Below are positions 13,306 through 26,409 of a DNA stretch of 64,000 nt, one piece after another. Under the pieces are notes generated by a model. The model was given only the letters and a program-made list of their open reading frames with translations, ran no database searches and had not been told where the DNA came from. The DNA is from Phoronis australis (taxonomy: Eukaryota; Animalia; Phoronida): assembly GCA_002633005.1 (NCBI GenBank), contig NMRA01000083.1:508896-572895 (forward strand), read 5' to 3'. The position numbers and the translations under genes were made by a program. Within the stretch, counting starts at the first letter, position 1, and every line of letters starts with the position of its first letter.

Positions 13306-14409
13306 GTGAGTAACCTCAAGGCCTAAGCGAGTACTCGCAACTCTACCACCAGACCACATTGCCTCATTGTATCATTAATATTCATTAATATTGCATTGCA
13401 GTGCATTGCACAATGACATCACTTCACAAAAAGACTACCAATAAATGTCTATAGATGAATTAACGTATATTCTGTTGAATAAAATCACAGTCTGTTAACA
13501 TTTGCTGTGCAGAAGTCCATGAAGAAATAAAATCATAACAGCCAGAGCCAGGGAAAATAGATGTCACAAAGACACAATACAAGGAAGAAACCTCACTGGT
13601 GGCCATTTTTAATGAATGCTTCAAATGGATTTCAGTCATTTTTATCATGCATTCTGTCGCTTGTCTTATATACCGGTACAACAACAACCAAGGTTGGGAT
13701 CAATAAGGCCGTCCCAGATTGCACAGTGATAGAACTCTCCTTTGTCCCAGAGGTAATGTTTGATTTTGGGTGAAGGCAACGAACCTAACATCACAGCAGT
13801 AATACTTTGTTGGCAGTGGAAGGACAAACAGAGTATTGCCTGTAACTTGAGTTGGTTTGGGAAATAGAATACTGTCGTGGTAAGGAATATTATGGCACCG
13901 ATTTTATGAGAGTAAATTAATGCCCAAATTTGTTTTTCAGGCAGCTATATAGGGCAAAATGCATCTTTAAAATGCCCGGTCGTGTGAAGCAAGTTGCATG
14001 TTTGCATCCAAGGCTGTGATGTACTAGTTTAGACATGCGTTTGCTGCTTTTGTGTAAAGTTGCACAATGGGATATTGAAACGTGTAAACATTGTATCGGT
14101 TTCAATAGTTTAGAAAGGGTAATGTGCATTTGTTTAAAAATTAACATTATAAACTATGTTCATTGAAATGCGATTTGACTGTGTAACTTTCAATTTGTAT
14201 ATACAAGTCCACCATAACAAAGATGCATAACATCAGTAATGCCAGAAAAAATCAAATATAAGAACAAACAAAACAAATGCAAATATATTAGAATTTTGTA
14301 CTTTTTGATTTCATGTCAAAAGAAATTTTTTTTGTTAACAGTACAAGTTTTGCTGTTTGCAAAAAGTAAAGGCAGTAATAAGTAATTGTTAGTGTCGATT
14401 ACTTTTGTC

Positions 14410-14742
14410 TGTTCAAGTCCTATATAGCTAGGTAGTGTGATGTGTCATGTCAAAACATGTTCAAGTCCTATATAGCTAGGTAGTGTGATGTGTCATGTCT
14501 ATACATGTTCAAGTCCCATATAGCTAGGTAGTGTGATGTGTCATGTTCAAGTCTCATATAGCTAGGTAGTGTGATGTGTCATGTCTATACATGTTCAAGT
14601 CCCATATAGCTAGGTAGTGTGATGTGTTAGTCTATACATATTCAAGTTCCATATAGCTAGGTAGTTTGATGTGTCATGTCTATCTGTACATGTTGAAGTC
14701 CCATATAGCTAGGTAGTGTGATGTGTCATGTCTATACATGTG
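14410..14742. repeat. Minisatellite, about 48-bp unit, about 7 copies
   Basis: Unit CATGTTCAAGTCCCATATAGCTAGGTAGTGTGATGTGTCATGTCTATA repeated head-to-tail without spacers. Confidence 0.95.
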
Positions 14743-15045
14743 CATGACTAGTAGTTCCAGCAAACGAAGGTCTCGGTGATGTCATTACAACAGCAACATC
14801 TTTGAAACAATGATTGTACTGTTTCATGTGTTTCATGTGTTTCATGTTTTAGGGTGGAATCCTTTATTTTTGTTGTTAATACGATGAGTTAGTGTTCACG
14901 ATAAAACAATGGACGGAATGGGAAGATTAACCAAATGCTAGCTTGATTTATTTGACTTAGAAGTTAGTAACTTTGGCCTGACCTAAATAGCACTGCAAGG
15001 GTTTCTAAACTGAGAACCTCAACAAAATTACCAGGCATCATAAAA

Positions 15046-15235
15046 AAGAATTATTGGTCTTCTTTCATAACATATATTGGTCACTTCATGGTCCCTTTGT
15101 TAACTCTGAAAAGATCTATGCAGTTAGGAGAAAGTCCTGGATGTGAGACCCGGTCGGGACAGAGATCTTTTCAGACTTAACTATAGGTCACGTGATGATA
15201 TCAACATATGCTGTGTAAGAAAACCAATAATTCTT
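15046..15235. repeat. Imperfect palindromic (foldback) MITE
   Basis: AAGAATTATTGG...TTAACTCTGAAAAGATCT pairs with AGATCTTTTCAGACTTAA...CCAATAATTCTT. Confidence 0.7.
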
Positions 15236-15495
15236 ACTTCTACCAAATCTACGCCCTGATTAACAACAGCACAATTATGTACCAACATAATGTTCTAATC
15301 AAACAAAAGATATAATGTCCATTTTTCCATTTCTAATAACCACAGCAGCATGACAGCATAGGCAACATCTCGTGCCACCTTCAACACTAAAGTTTATTCC
15401 AAATTTTAAGCTCAATGTGGATGAAATTCATGTGCTGTTTCCTTCATTACTAGCTCGTTTTCCAGCCACTGTACACCCAGTTGTAGGTAAGTTAA

Positions 15496-15921
15496 AGCCG
15501 AACTTCAACGGAATTTTGTTATTTTAGATGTATTGGGCTAAGCATATAGTCCTAGCAAAGCCTTTAGTAAAATAAGAAAACGCAAGTTCAATCGCGCAAA
15601 TGTAAGCCTGTCAAATGATAAGTGAAGCTGCTTTTTTGTGCCATGTTGCGTCACCAACAGATTCCAGCACAAATGACAAAAGGGCCAATAACAGTTGTAT
15701 TGAATAGGGGTCTGAATAGAACACCATTGGGACTTCTTATGCAGGTGTTACTCGCAGCTGTTTGAATTAAAAGGTGATTCTCATGGTGACGAAGACAAAA
15801 GCAAGCCAATACACCTAACAGTTCATTACATTTGGCAATTTATGGCACTAATGGACTCAGAGCGATGCTCTTAACATACTGTAGGAACTAAATTTACAGG
15901 TGTTACCGTTCAAGATTGGCT
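15496..15921. mobile_element. Kolobok-like non-autonomous DNA transposon (TTAA TSD), copy 1
   Basis: TTAA|AGCCGAACTTCAACGG...CCGTTCAAGATTGGCT|TTAA. Full-length homolog at 60868-61283. Confidence 0.8.
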
Positions 15922-16189
15922 TTAATGTTATCTGTTTGCTGACATACAGACATAGCTAATGAAGATGCCACTGAGTATGGGTGCAGTCTCGCTAGAATTT
16001 ATGTTGGCTGCAATGTCTTTTAATTAAAATACAGCATTGCATGACCTTTGATAAAATAGACATGATTTATTTTAGTTTGGAGTTGACACTTTTTACCTAT
16101 GACTTTAAAAAACATCAGACACAAGTTGACATGAAATGTCAACTTCTGCAACCTCATACAATACCCAATAATGTCAAATGGTAACAATA

Positions 16190-19100
16190 TTACAGCGTGA
16201 AATGAGCAAATCCGCAGACTACGACCTTTTTGTCTTGGTCTGTAACATGACCTTTAACAGAGTATTCTCCCTGTGAAAAAAGAAAATAAATCAAACATAA
16301 TTCCACACCCATTGTAGCAACTTTTCATAAGTGGACTTGCTGAGAAAAAATCAGTGGGACAGCTCAAAGGCAGATCTCTTTTACAACATCTGCCAACACA
16401 AGGTGGCGTCTTGCTATTTAGTGGTGCAAGACTGCAAAACTCAAATGTTAACTGTTTCGCCTTTCATAAAACATCTTGACTTTTCTGAACACTACATTCA
16501 ATGCATTCAAGCACTGTCTTGCTGGAAACAAAAAGAACTGGCTGTTCTGTAGGTGGGCTTGTCACCATACAGTGTAGCCAGTGTTAGAAGGCACAAGAGT
16601 TCATCATTTTTTGTTGTACCTTCTAGTTATATTCTGCTTTCTTTCATACCCGTGTACATAACTCATCACAATTTATCGTAACTACCGTACTTGTCTGATT
16701 TAATGCCCATGTTCGGCCAAATGCTTATAATTAAGAGAAAATTCCAAACTTTTACATTTACGTACACATCAATGCTAGGCTTAATGTCCACCCTAACTTC
16801 ATACAATTGACACTTCCTTGGAACACCCGTGTCTGTGAATTCCCAACCATCTTGGGCAAATTTTAGCTCCTGAAACTATGAAACTCGCATACCTTTAAGT
16901 AATGGGCAATCATAAGTCCCGTCCACACACAGCCTACCCTAGAACAAGTTCCACTAGTGCAACTTACCCCACTTTTGAGTGGAGTGTCCACACACACACA
17001 CACACCTATCCAATAACTAGGGTAAGGCCGAAGTTGTCGCTCTGTGCGTGACAATGAACGCCTAATGCAAGTACGGAGCGCAAAGGAAAACCCACCTGTA
17101 TGTAACCGCAGCAGATAATTACTTCCACCCTATCCCACTTTGCGGCCACACAGCGATTACAAGTGGCGCAAGTTACCCTAGAACAAGTTATCCCACCTCG
17201 ATAATGGGGAGTAAGTTGTCACAAGTAGGGTAAGTTGTCCTAGTTTAAATAGCATCCAGACAGCACTCAGACCTAGCAACTACAGCACTCATACCTAGCG
17301 ACAACAGCACTTAGACCTAGTGACAAATCGTTCCAGGAGTAACTTGTTCTAGGGTAAGTCTCAGATTATTTGGCCAGGGAAAATGCCCATACTGTCCTAT
17401 GTTTTGTTTGACTAATATATGCGAGTGCCACCCAAATGCAATATCACGGAGTTAACTTTTTGGGAAAACGGCCATCACCAACATCTCAAAATTTTTTTTG
17501 TCTTTGATCGCCGATGTATGGTTTGACACATCCCCATCCCATGATTTTGAGTTCCCCAATTTTATCACTCAGGGCATTAAGCCAAACAAGTACAGTGTTA
17601 CTAAAGAAGACAAAGTTTGGTCAAAATGGCAAACTACACACATACTTAAAGCTGCATCTCACCCTATTTAGCTGGCTAAATACAGAAATCAAATTATTTA
17701 GGCCTTCTGTGCCCGGTTGCATGAAACAGTCTCAATTAGTGACTCAACTAAGTTTCCAAAATCTACTGCGTATTTTTGGACTTGTGGAAACATTGATTGC
17801 CCTTTCTTGTATTGCTTTAGTTTCATTACTAAGTCAACTTTTGATTTTGATAGAAATAGAGAGTAAACTCTACAGTAAATGTCAATATTCTCTAAAAAAA
17901 TAGGGTTCTTTTCTTGCAACACGCCCCAATTTAAGGACTAAGTGCCTATTTATTTTCAATGAACACTGGGCTCTGTTTTTATTTACATTTGGAAAATGCC
18001 ATTAAACAAAGAGGAGCTCATACTAAAGATGCATCTTTGAGTTCATAAAGACACAAATATGCAAAAAGACCTAGGGGGACCTTAGTCGAGTCCCTATTAG
18101 AGACTGTTTCACGCAACCTAGCACTGCTCTCTTAAAATCGGTCTCATAATGTTCCTTACCATGATAGGAACAACTCAAGTCACAGGAAATCCATATGTGT
18201 ACCGTTTTTAAAATTCGCAATTTGAGGTTTGGCCAACCCCAATAAACACTGAAGCATTTTCTTGAGTCTCTGATAGCTTTGGTGGTCTTGTTGGTAATGG
18301 AAATGATATCAAGTCATGATAAGGAAAATTATGAGAATGATTTTAAGGGAGTAAAAGGTATAATTCACTTTTAATTTTTTAGTCACATGAACAGGGCAAA
18401 GTTAGGCTTTAAGAACATTTTCAAAGAATTTGAAAACAATGCCCCAATGCACCTCAACTGATTCCAATGGTGTTTTCTGAGCTCACAAGCCCTTTGAAAA
18501 CAATGGGAAGCCATGAGGGACCCTTGATGCCTTGATATTTTGGTTGAATATCGGCCCCAGTCCCCTATGAAGAACATTCTTAAATGTTTTTTAAATCAAG
18601 CAAATTGCCCTCATCACGGCAGACGGGGTGGAATTGGAGGTGACCTGGGGGATTATCCCCTCGACAAAAAAATTTCCTTCAGATGGCACATGCCCTGCCA
18701 TGCAATGTACTCATACTGATTTCATCAACAAAGTTAACAACTACAAACTGCATAATCGTTGAATGTGCATTACTGTTTAGAAGAAACCCTTCTTCCAGGA
18801 ATAGTATCTGAAAACCATTACTTACCTTTGGCAGGTAGTTGGGTATCTTCACCTCCCTCTTATAATACTTCACACCCTCCTTGATAGGGCATGTGACCAG
18901 TTTGTTGATCTTCCCTTTCTCCATCGTACAAATATCAAACTTGTTACTATACAAGGCTTTACCATTGTATTGAACATCAATGTAGAAGTCTCCATACTCA
19001 ATATCATGATCTGGAAGGAAAAGTATTAATATTCTTCACTAATGTTGTACAAAATTATTATGTTTGGGCTTTGGATCATACGTCGTCAGCTACCAGTGTT

Positions 19101-22026
19101 TTACCCAATACATGCAGATTTTGCAAACTGCCCGATGATCAAAATGGACTGACAAAAGAACAATTGATAATATCTTGAGAAATATATCATGTTTTGGGTC
19201 AAACAACAGTCATTTTTAATGCAAAACAATAGACAAATGTCATTTGATTACATCTGTGATCGTGTGTCAGCATGTTCAATTCGTGAGCATCTTGCACTAC
19301 AAATCGCGCAAATGACGTGCAGTACTGAAAGTCAGTGAACGTTTTAGCCTCTGGAAACATACCTTTTGTTCAACTGCGTGGCGATGGGAACTGCTATGTC
19401 TTGATGCAGGTTTTATTCAACAGGTAGTTTATATTTTACGATTATTTAAAAACAAATGTGATATCAGAACCAGATTTCAGCGATGCGCACAGTGATAAAG
19501 TTGAGTGTTGTGAAATGAGACAGAACGGGTTTGAACCATTCGGCGCAACCTCACACATTCCAACAGGCAATGCTTACTACAGGTTGGCACTTATCACAGC
19601 ACCTGAAGTTTTATGACAGGCTTCTTTCTAAATCATATAATAATAGAAATTGTGCACTCTGTTAAACACAAAAACATTGCAGCAATAGTGGAGATGTCTA
19701 GTTGTTCCAAACCAACGAAGCTGTCCTAAATTAAGGATTTTTTACACTACCATTAAATGCTATCACGGCATAAAATGGTGTAATAATCAAAATCAGTTTG
19801 AAACAAGTTAAAGAGATTAACACAAACATCAATACCAACAAATATTCCCACAGCACAAAATTCAAAGATTTATCTCATCACTGGGCATTTCCAAATTGAT
19901 ATCAAATGTCAATGTAAAAACAAAATGATTAGAAATGTCAATTACTGATTAGAAAATTAAAGTGATAGAAAATAAAATCTTATTGTTCATATTTTGGGGT
20001 GGAACGGTTTTGGAGATTTTTGATACAACAAGTTTGCAGGTCTTATTTTCGAGGATATAGTCACAACAGACCGAGCAGACTTAATTTCTCGTACACCTTG
20101 ATCTGTCATTTCAAAACTTGAATAATTACAATTTGAGGTCAGGGCTTTAGACATTACATACTTAGCGCTGTATAGGAGTCAGAAACTACTGTGACCAACT
20201 GAAATGGGTCTTACCCCAAGAAATATTGACGTAGGTCCTGGACTTGACCCCACCTCTCTCAAGGTCAGGCAACAGCACTGTAGTACCAAACATCACTTTA
20301 TCTTCACTCTCTGCAAAAGACATATGGCGATAAACAAAATCTTCTCAGCCCTGTGTAAAAAAGGTCTTTTGAAGTGAGAGGTCTGGCTACGTAAGTGCTA
20401 GCGACAACGCCAGCAGTTTTCGGATAACTCAAATCACCAGTAAAGGTGATGCTTGACCAATCACGTGACTGGCAGTTTTGCCATTAGCGAATGTGCCAAT
20501 GAAATCGCTAGCGTTCTAGAGAATTTGCGAAAAGGTGTTAAGTGTCATAAGAATAGTGATAATACTAGCATCAAAAAACTTTAAATAATGAGGCAGTTGC
20601 TACTGACAACTAAAAATTTGTAGATGGTAAGTGCTCCACTCTTCAACTCTTTGAACATATTTTTGACAATAATGCCGTGATTTCAGTTCTTGCTGAAAAT
20701 TTGCTGTCGAATTTGTGAATTATACATGGATATACCATTTTGTAACCTGAAAGCACAGAGCAATAGTGAAGAAAAAACCTAAATGCATTATCACAGGACA
20801 AAATGTACATTCATATTGCATTTCTAGTATATTCTTGCATTTGTTTTTGTCAACTTCTGATTGACAGTTCATTTTATATTTGTATCTTTTTTCATGAAAA
20901 TGAATCTCCTCCCTGTATTTTCTCTGCAAACTAGCTTAGAAATCTTAGTACGCCAATCAAAAATATCGATCACAATACAGAATACTACATGGCGAGGCTG
21001 TTATTTCCTGCATCAAGATGAGGCCTCGAGTGAAATAATTGACGGGAACATGTGATGGTCTGTTTAATATGCCACCCATTGAGCAATTACTCATCAAAAC
21101 TCGCAAAACAAAACGGTATTGTTCCGGTGTTCAACCTCAACCATCCCTAATGCAGTGCAGTGGATCAAACCTACATCTTCCATAGAACATGGCGGAATGG
21201 CCACCATGTTGTCCTCCCAAACTGCTTTCGCCGACTGGAAATAGCGGAATGGGTAACTGTCACCCAGTAGTTATTTACCATTCAGGCTTGTACTGAGGAA
21301 TAAAAAAATAAGAGTACACTATATCCCTGGCTGATAAAGGCATGACCCCTGAAGGTTATAGGTACTTAAATATTTGTCTTCAGAATACCCAAGCTGATGT
21401 CGTCACATTAAAAAACAGATGGTTAGGGAATGTCTTTGGTTGATACCCAAGATGCAAAAATAGCTCATATGGTAAAGAGTCTTCAAATTCAAAGATAAAA
21501 ATGTAATTTACCGGTAACCATTTTTCAAAACCTTACTGTATTACTAAAATGATTTACCATACAATTGGCAGATCACAAAATCTGGACTAATCAAGAACTA
21601 AATTTTTTTCTGTATTTATTTTATTGAGAAAATCAATAAAATAAAATTTTAGTATGTTCTAGCCAAAACCTTTTACTGTACATGGACTAAACTTGCATGA
21701 ACATGAGAAAAAGCATGAATAAAAGACAAATCAATCATATACTCACCACAGTTGGAGAATATATCTCCAATCGATACAAAGTGATTATCTCTAATGAATC
21801 TATTCCACATGACGCGGGACACTTGAGATAAGTTGTCCTCGTCGTAGACATAATCCCTGATCTGTGACTCGCGGGTCTTCCGTACAAGATTCCTAGCTAG
21901 AACATCCTCAGTTGAACCATGGTCAAAATATTTAAAATAAACAGTCATAAGTAACGCTGTCACAGCTGTAGTTATTATGGCTATCCGCTTGATAGTCATT
22001 CTGCAGAACAATATTCGGTAACGCAT
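16190..22026 (-). CDS. ML (MD-2-related lipid-recognition, NPC2-like) domain protein with N-terminal transmembrane anchor, 213 aa, 4 exons (22026-21747, 20310-20215, 19010-18826, 16270-16190)
   Basis: All introns GT-AG with matching phases. The C-terminal part FSNC...GDFYIDVQYNGKALYSNKFDIC...TCPIKEG..Y...VKIPNYLPKGEYSVKGHVTDQDKKVVVC has the ML-domain Cys/Pro/Gly pattern. Hydrophobic segment IAIITTAVTALLMTVYF follows a basic N-terminus. Confidence 0.85.
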
Positions 22027-25000
22027 AAGTCCAACTCTCTAATAAACAAGAAACTGGTGGGCACACAGCCTCAACCAGATGTGAATTGCTTTGTATGAAG
22101 CAAATCAGCTGACTAGAGGAAAACACATGTGACCTTTGCCCTCCAGTTGAAATGGAATACTTTACATGTATGTGGCTTCACTTCAGAAGATTCACCAAGA
22201 TCCAGGTTCAGTAGAGAAAGCAAAGTCCAGTGGCTCAACCTGTTCATAAATTTGACCAGGCTTGACAGCTTGTTTCCATGCCAAGAAACTTATGGTGCAA
22301 CTGAACAGTGAGCTACACTGACCTAGTTGGAAATCTGCCCCCTGAATGTGCCTGGGAACAGCTGATGAGGTCACAGCTGATGAGAAAGGTCACAGCTGAT
22401 TCAGGAGTGAGGACAGTCTGCTGACAAGAGACTGAACATGCACACAGCACAGAAACGATTAAGAGTTAGTCTTGGCAAAATCTGTGGTTCCAGTGACTTA
22501 TCAATAAGAAATGTCTAATAATAATAGGGTTTTATTAGATGGAAGGGTATGCTGCAGACAAGAGGTAATGCTGCAGACAAGAGGTAATGCTGCAGACAGT
22601 AATCTTTTTCATGATTACACAACGAAGCTCAACCCAAAGCCCTCTCCTTTTGATTTCTGGACACAAAGCTTTGTGGAGGCAAGGTATTCCTAAATAAAGG
22701 TCATTGTGGACCATGAAATCCTCTGCTCAGAATGAGGCCATGCCAGTGCAGACATGGCTTTACATTAGGTGAGCGTTCCCTGGTTACACATTATTTTGCC
22801 AAAATCACGTTCTATTTGTTTACTTACTATTTCCATGGCTATAATAGGTTAGCAATGTTATTAATTTCAACAGTACTTACTATTTCCATGGATATAATAG
22901 GTTAGCAATGTAATTAATTCCAACAGTACGTATTATTTCGGTTATGAAAGCTTCTAAGGAGAGACATTTGAATGAACAATAGCGATGATGATGAATATAA
23001 ATGGAAAGCAGTGCTATCACTGTAGAGGCCACCCTCATTTTAAATATCACAATAAATAAAAAAATTTTAAAAATTATTGACTTTCACACTCGGTCAATAT
23101 GTTAATTTTCAGAACCCAAAAATGTGATAATGACAGATGCGAATTTTATTATACGACTACACCGGCTTAGTAATTCATGGAAGGAGGTTATGCTGGGGTT
23201 TTCAATCCCATGTCGATCACTCACTCGGTCAGTCAGCTACCATTTTTTATCTTAAACGGTGCAGAGAGTGACTTTGAAAAAACTTCCAGGAGATGTTTGT
23301 ATTGGACAAAGGAAAAATCAATTATATTTTGGAGAAGATGTCATGTTTTGTCACACAATGGTCGTTTTTAAAGCATAACAATCAACAAATGTCATGCAAT
23401 CGCAAGGTGCATGTCAGCTAGCATGCAGGCTTAGCATATGCACAGGCAAAATTCTGCACAAATAACACGCATTGAAAGTTGGCGAACATTTTAGCCTTTG
23501 AAAACAAACCTTAATTGTGTACAGTAGGGTGAAGGTGGGAACAGTGATGTCTTGGTGCAAGTTTGTGTTCACTTGGAGGTTTATAATTGCAATTATTTAA
23601 AACCAAATAAGTAACACCAGGTTCCATACAACATGAAAGGCACAGTGATAAAGTATTGGCTTGCAAACAGAAATATCCCAGAATTGAATCACGATAAAAT
23701 CTACATTACTCCACAAAAAAGTTTTTAAAAAGAATTCAAATCGTATCACCACTGCATGATCGGGTCAATCTGGAGAATTATTGTCTCCAAAATACTAGTT
23801 TGTAACTTCGTAATCTGTACGAATCATATAATAATTAAACATAATCTCACACAGTGGATGGCAAAACCATCAAAAGTTCAGGGAAAAGTTGATCAATAAA
23901 AACATGAAAAATTAAAAACCATAAATCACAGTCTATGTATGACGTCACCATTTGCACCCCAAATGACAAAGTTATAAGGGGAGTTCATCTCTCAAACACA
24001 AGTTAAAACTGATTATAAATTGGCATTATGCTCTCCTAGATAAACACCTTATCTGCCCAATTTGACGAAGATTCTTCATCAAACTTGTTAAAAACTCAGC
24101 CTGCTTCACAAGTTCACGGTACCTCATACTTTGTTAACAGATTTGTACAAGAACAGCTGATGTCAAGAGGCCTGTTCATCAGATTTGGTCTTATTGGTGT
24201 GGAGAAGAGCAATTACCTCACTAGCGATGGCTTCATGGCAATAAAGCACAATCCAAAATAAATTGATCAATATTGTGGAGTGTGGACTAAAACTGTCAAT
24301 TTTTTAACCGTTTTTTTTTTCTGACACCGAATTCCTCGTAAAAGTTATATTGCGATCATTTTTAATCAATGAAGTGAAATAAAAATTAGCCACATAGGTG
24401 CTTTGGGTTTCGGTTCTCTGACACACATTGATAAATAGTTTCAGTAGCTCTTTGAAGACATTCAACTGTGGTAAATAATTGGCTGGCGAGTGCCGATGTC
24501 GCACAAAAGATCGCACAAATTCATAATAAAAATTTGGATCTAGACTAGATTTAGAAACCGCTGTCGCCTGTACAAAAAGCCAAAACGAAAGCAATTCCAA
24601 ACACTTAATTTACTATGCAGGAGTTGAAATAATGCCAAAAAAAATATAATTGTAAATTCTCGGAGATAATATCTATTCACTAGGATTTTTTTGACTCTAG
24701 AAATTACTCCATACACAAGAAATAAATATACATTATTACATGGCGAACTCGTTATCCCCCGTTATCTAGAGCCCGAGTGGATTTTGGAGAATTATCGCCC
24801 GAGGGGCGTTATACCACATACTGAACGAGACACATTGCAATGAATCTATCTACCTTTCTCGACTCACCTCCGCTTTGTAACTACTTTCTATGTCAGAGGC
24901 CCAGGGTCGGAGGTCGTGACCTTTTAAGAAAAGCCGAGCTATTTTTGTCAAATAATGTTTATACTCAAAAGCAATAAAATTGAAAATTTAAACAAAATAG

Positions 25001-25394
25001 AAATAAAGTAAATCTATAAATTAACAAAATAGAAATAAAGTAAATCTATAAATTAAGGTTTAGCAACTATTATAGCTTACTACACATTTTATCACGCTAA
25101 GCTTCCACCGGGAAAATATCGTCTGCTAAAGTAGGTTACCACTAGTAACTGACTATAATGCTCAAGTCAAAGGATAACGACGACACGATACCCGCATTCA
25201 GATTGGGAGATTGGTGATTTACAAGTGAGAGAACACGAGAGAAAAATTTCACTGAACTAAAATATCGTTTTTATGGAAATTATATGTCTTATTTTTCATA
25301 GCGTATAAATGTCGGTCCAATGCCCTTTGCTGAAAATGCGATTGTTGCGCGTGCTCATTTTTTAAGTATTCTATTTTCACGTTCGATGACGTCA

Positions 25395-25465
25395 GCCGCT
25401 AAGTGGTGTAGCGGTAAAGTTGGCGACTCACAACTCTTGAGGCCCGGATTCGAATCCGGCCTCAG
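25395..25465 (+). pseudogene. Degenerate tRNA-like sequence (CAC in anticodon position) or SINE head
   Basis: Box A TGGTGTAGCGG and T-arm CCGGATTCGAATCCGG are present. Acceptor and anticodon stems do not pair properly. Confidence 0.5.
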
Positions 25466-26409
25466 TTTCCCGCCAAAATGTTATCTCACTAGTTAGATAA
25501 CTTTATGGGTTATTACACGGTTGTATCTGCCATTCGAGGCTAATATTGTGGTATAACAAATAATATCTCTTACACCAAGAAACAGTGCAGCAAAAAATAT
25601 ACATACTGCAAAAAATTAATGACTGTTTCTAATAATATAACTAAAAACTGAGCCCCAAGTTCATTGAAAATGAACAGGGACTCAGTCCTTAAATTGGGGG
25701 TGTTGCATGAAAAGATCCCAACTTATTTTCGATACTATTGACAATTCAACGTAGAGTTCATTCTTGATTTCTATCAAAGTCAAAAGTTGTAACATCATTT
25801 CTGAGATTTCATTTCCGATCTTCATATCAAACAAAATTTGATCACATTACGGATTCCATTCTTTTGCTGCCAATGCACCTTTCCTTTTTGCTAAATTTTA
25901 CTAAAAAAAAACATGGTCATGTGACCCATCAATGACAGACGGGTAAAAAGTCAAAAATAAATGGTTGCACCGAATTAAAATCTAAAGTATTGTAGAAATA
26001 GATATTTACAAAAGTGCAAAAATATAATTGCCACTATGGGCATAGCGGTGCTCACATCTGTCCCAAATCGATGTCAACCAAAAACTTGTCAATAAGAATA
26101 TATCCCACAATTTTTACGATGGTCTGTTGAACTGTTATACGTACAGAAACAATGGCAGAATGGCAGCAAAATAATAAATCTGCAGCTCAGATGAGCAAAA
26201 CATGAAGGAGCAGTATAAAAATATTTGGATAATGATTCCAGTCTTAATACAAACACACAATTCATAAAAATCTAATGAGAAACTTTGTAGTAAATAGAAG
26301 CAAAACCCAAAAATTACGCAGCTATACACTTATAAACAGGTAGAACTAGATGTGACAAGTGCTCTGTGTAACAAAGATGGAGAACCTACTTTGTATTACC
26401 GGTAATATT

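Noticed and set aside
14410-14742. Regular repeat array resembling CRISPR
   Set aside because: Head-to-tail units with no unique spacers, eukaryotic context and no cas genes. It is a minisatellite.
17514-17903. 129-aa ORF
   Set aside because: Lies antisense in an ML-gene intron, within a diverged repeat related to about 25640-25900 and 41700-42060. No coding signature.
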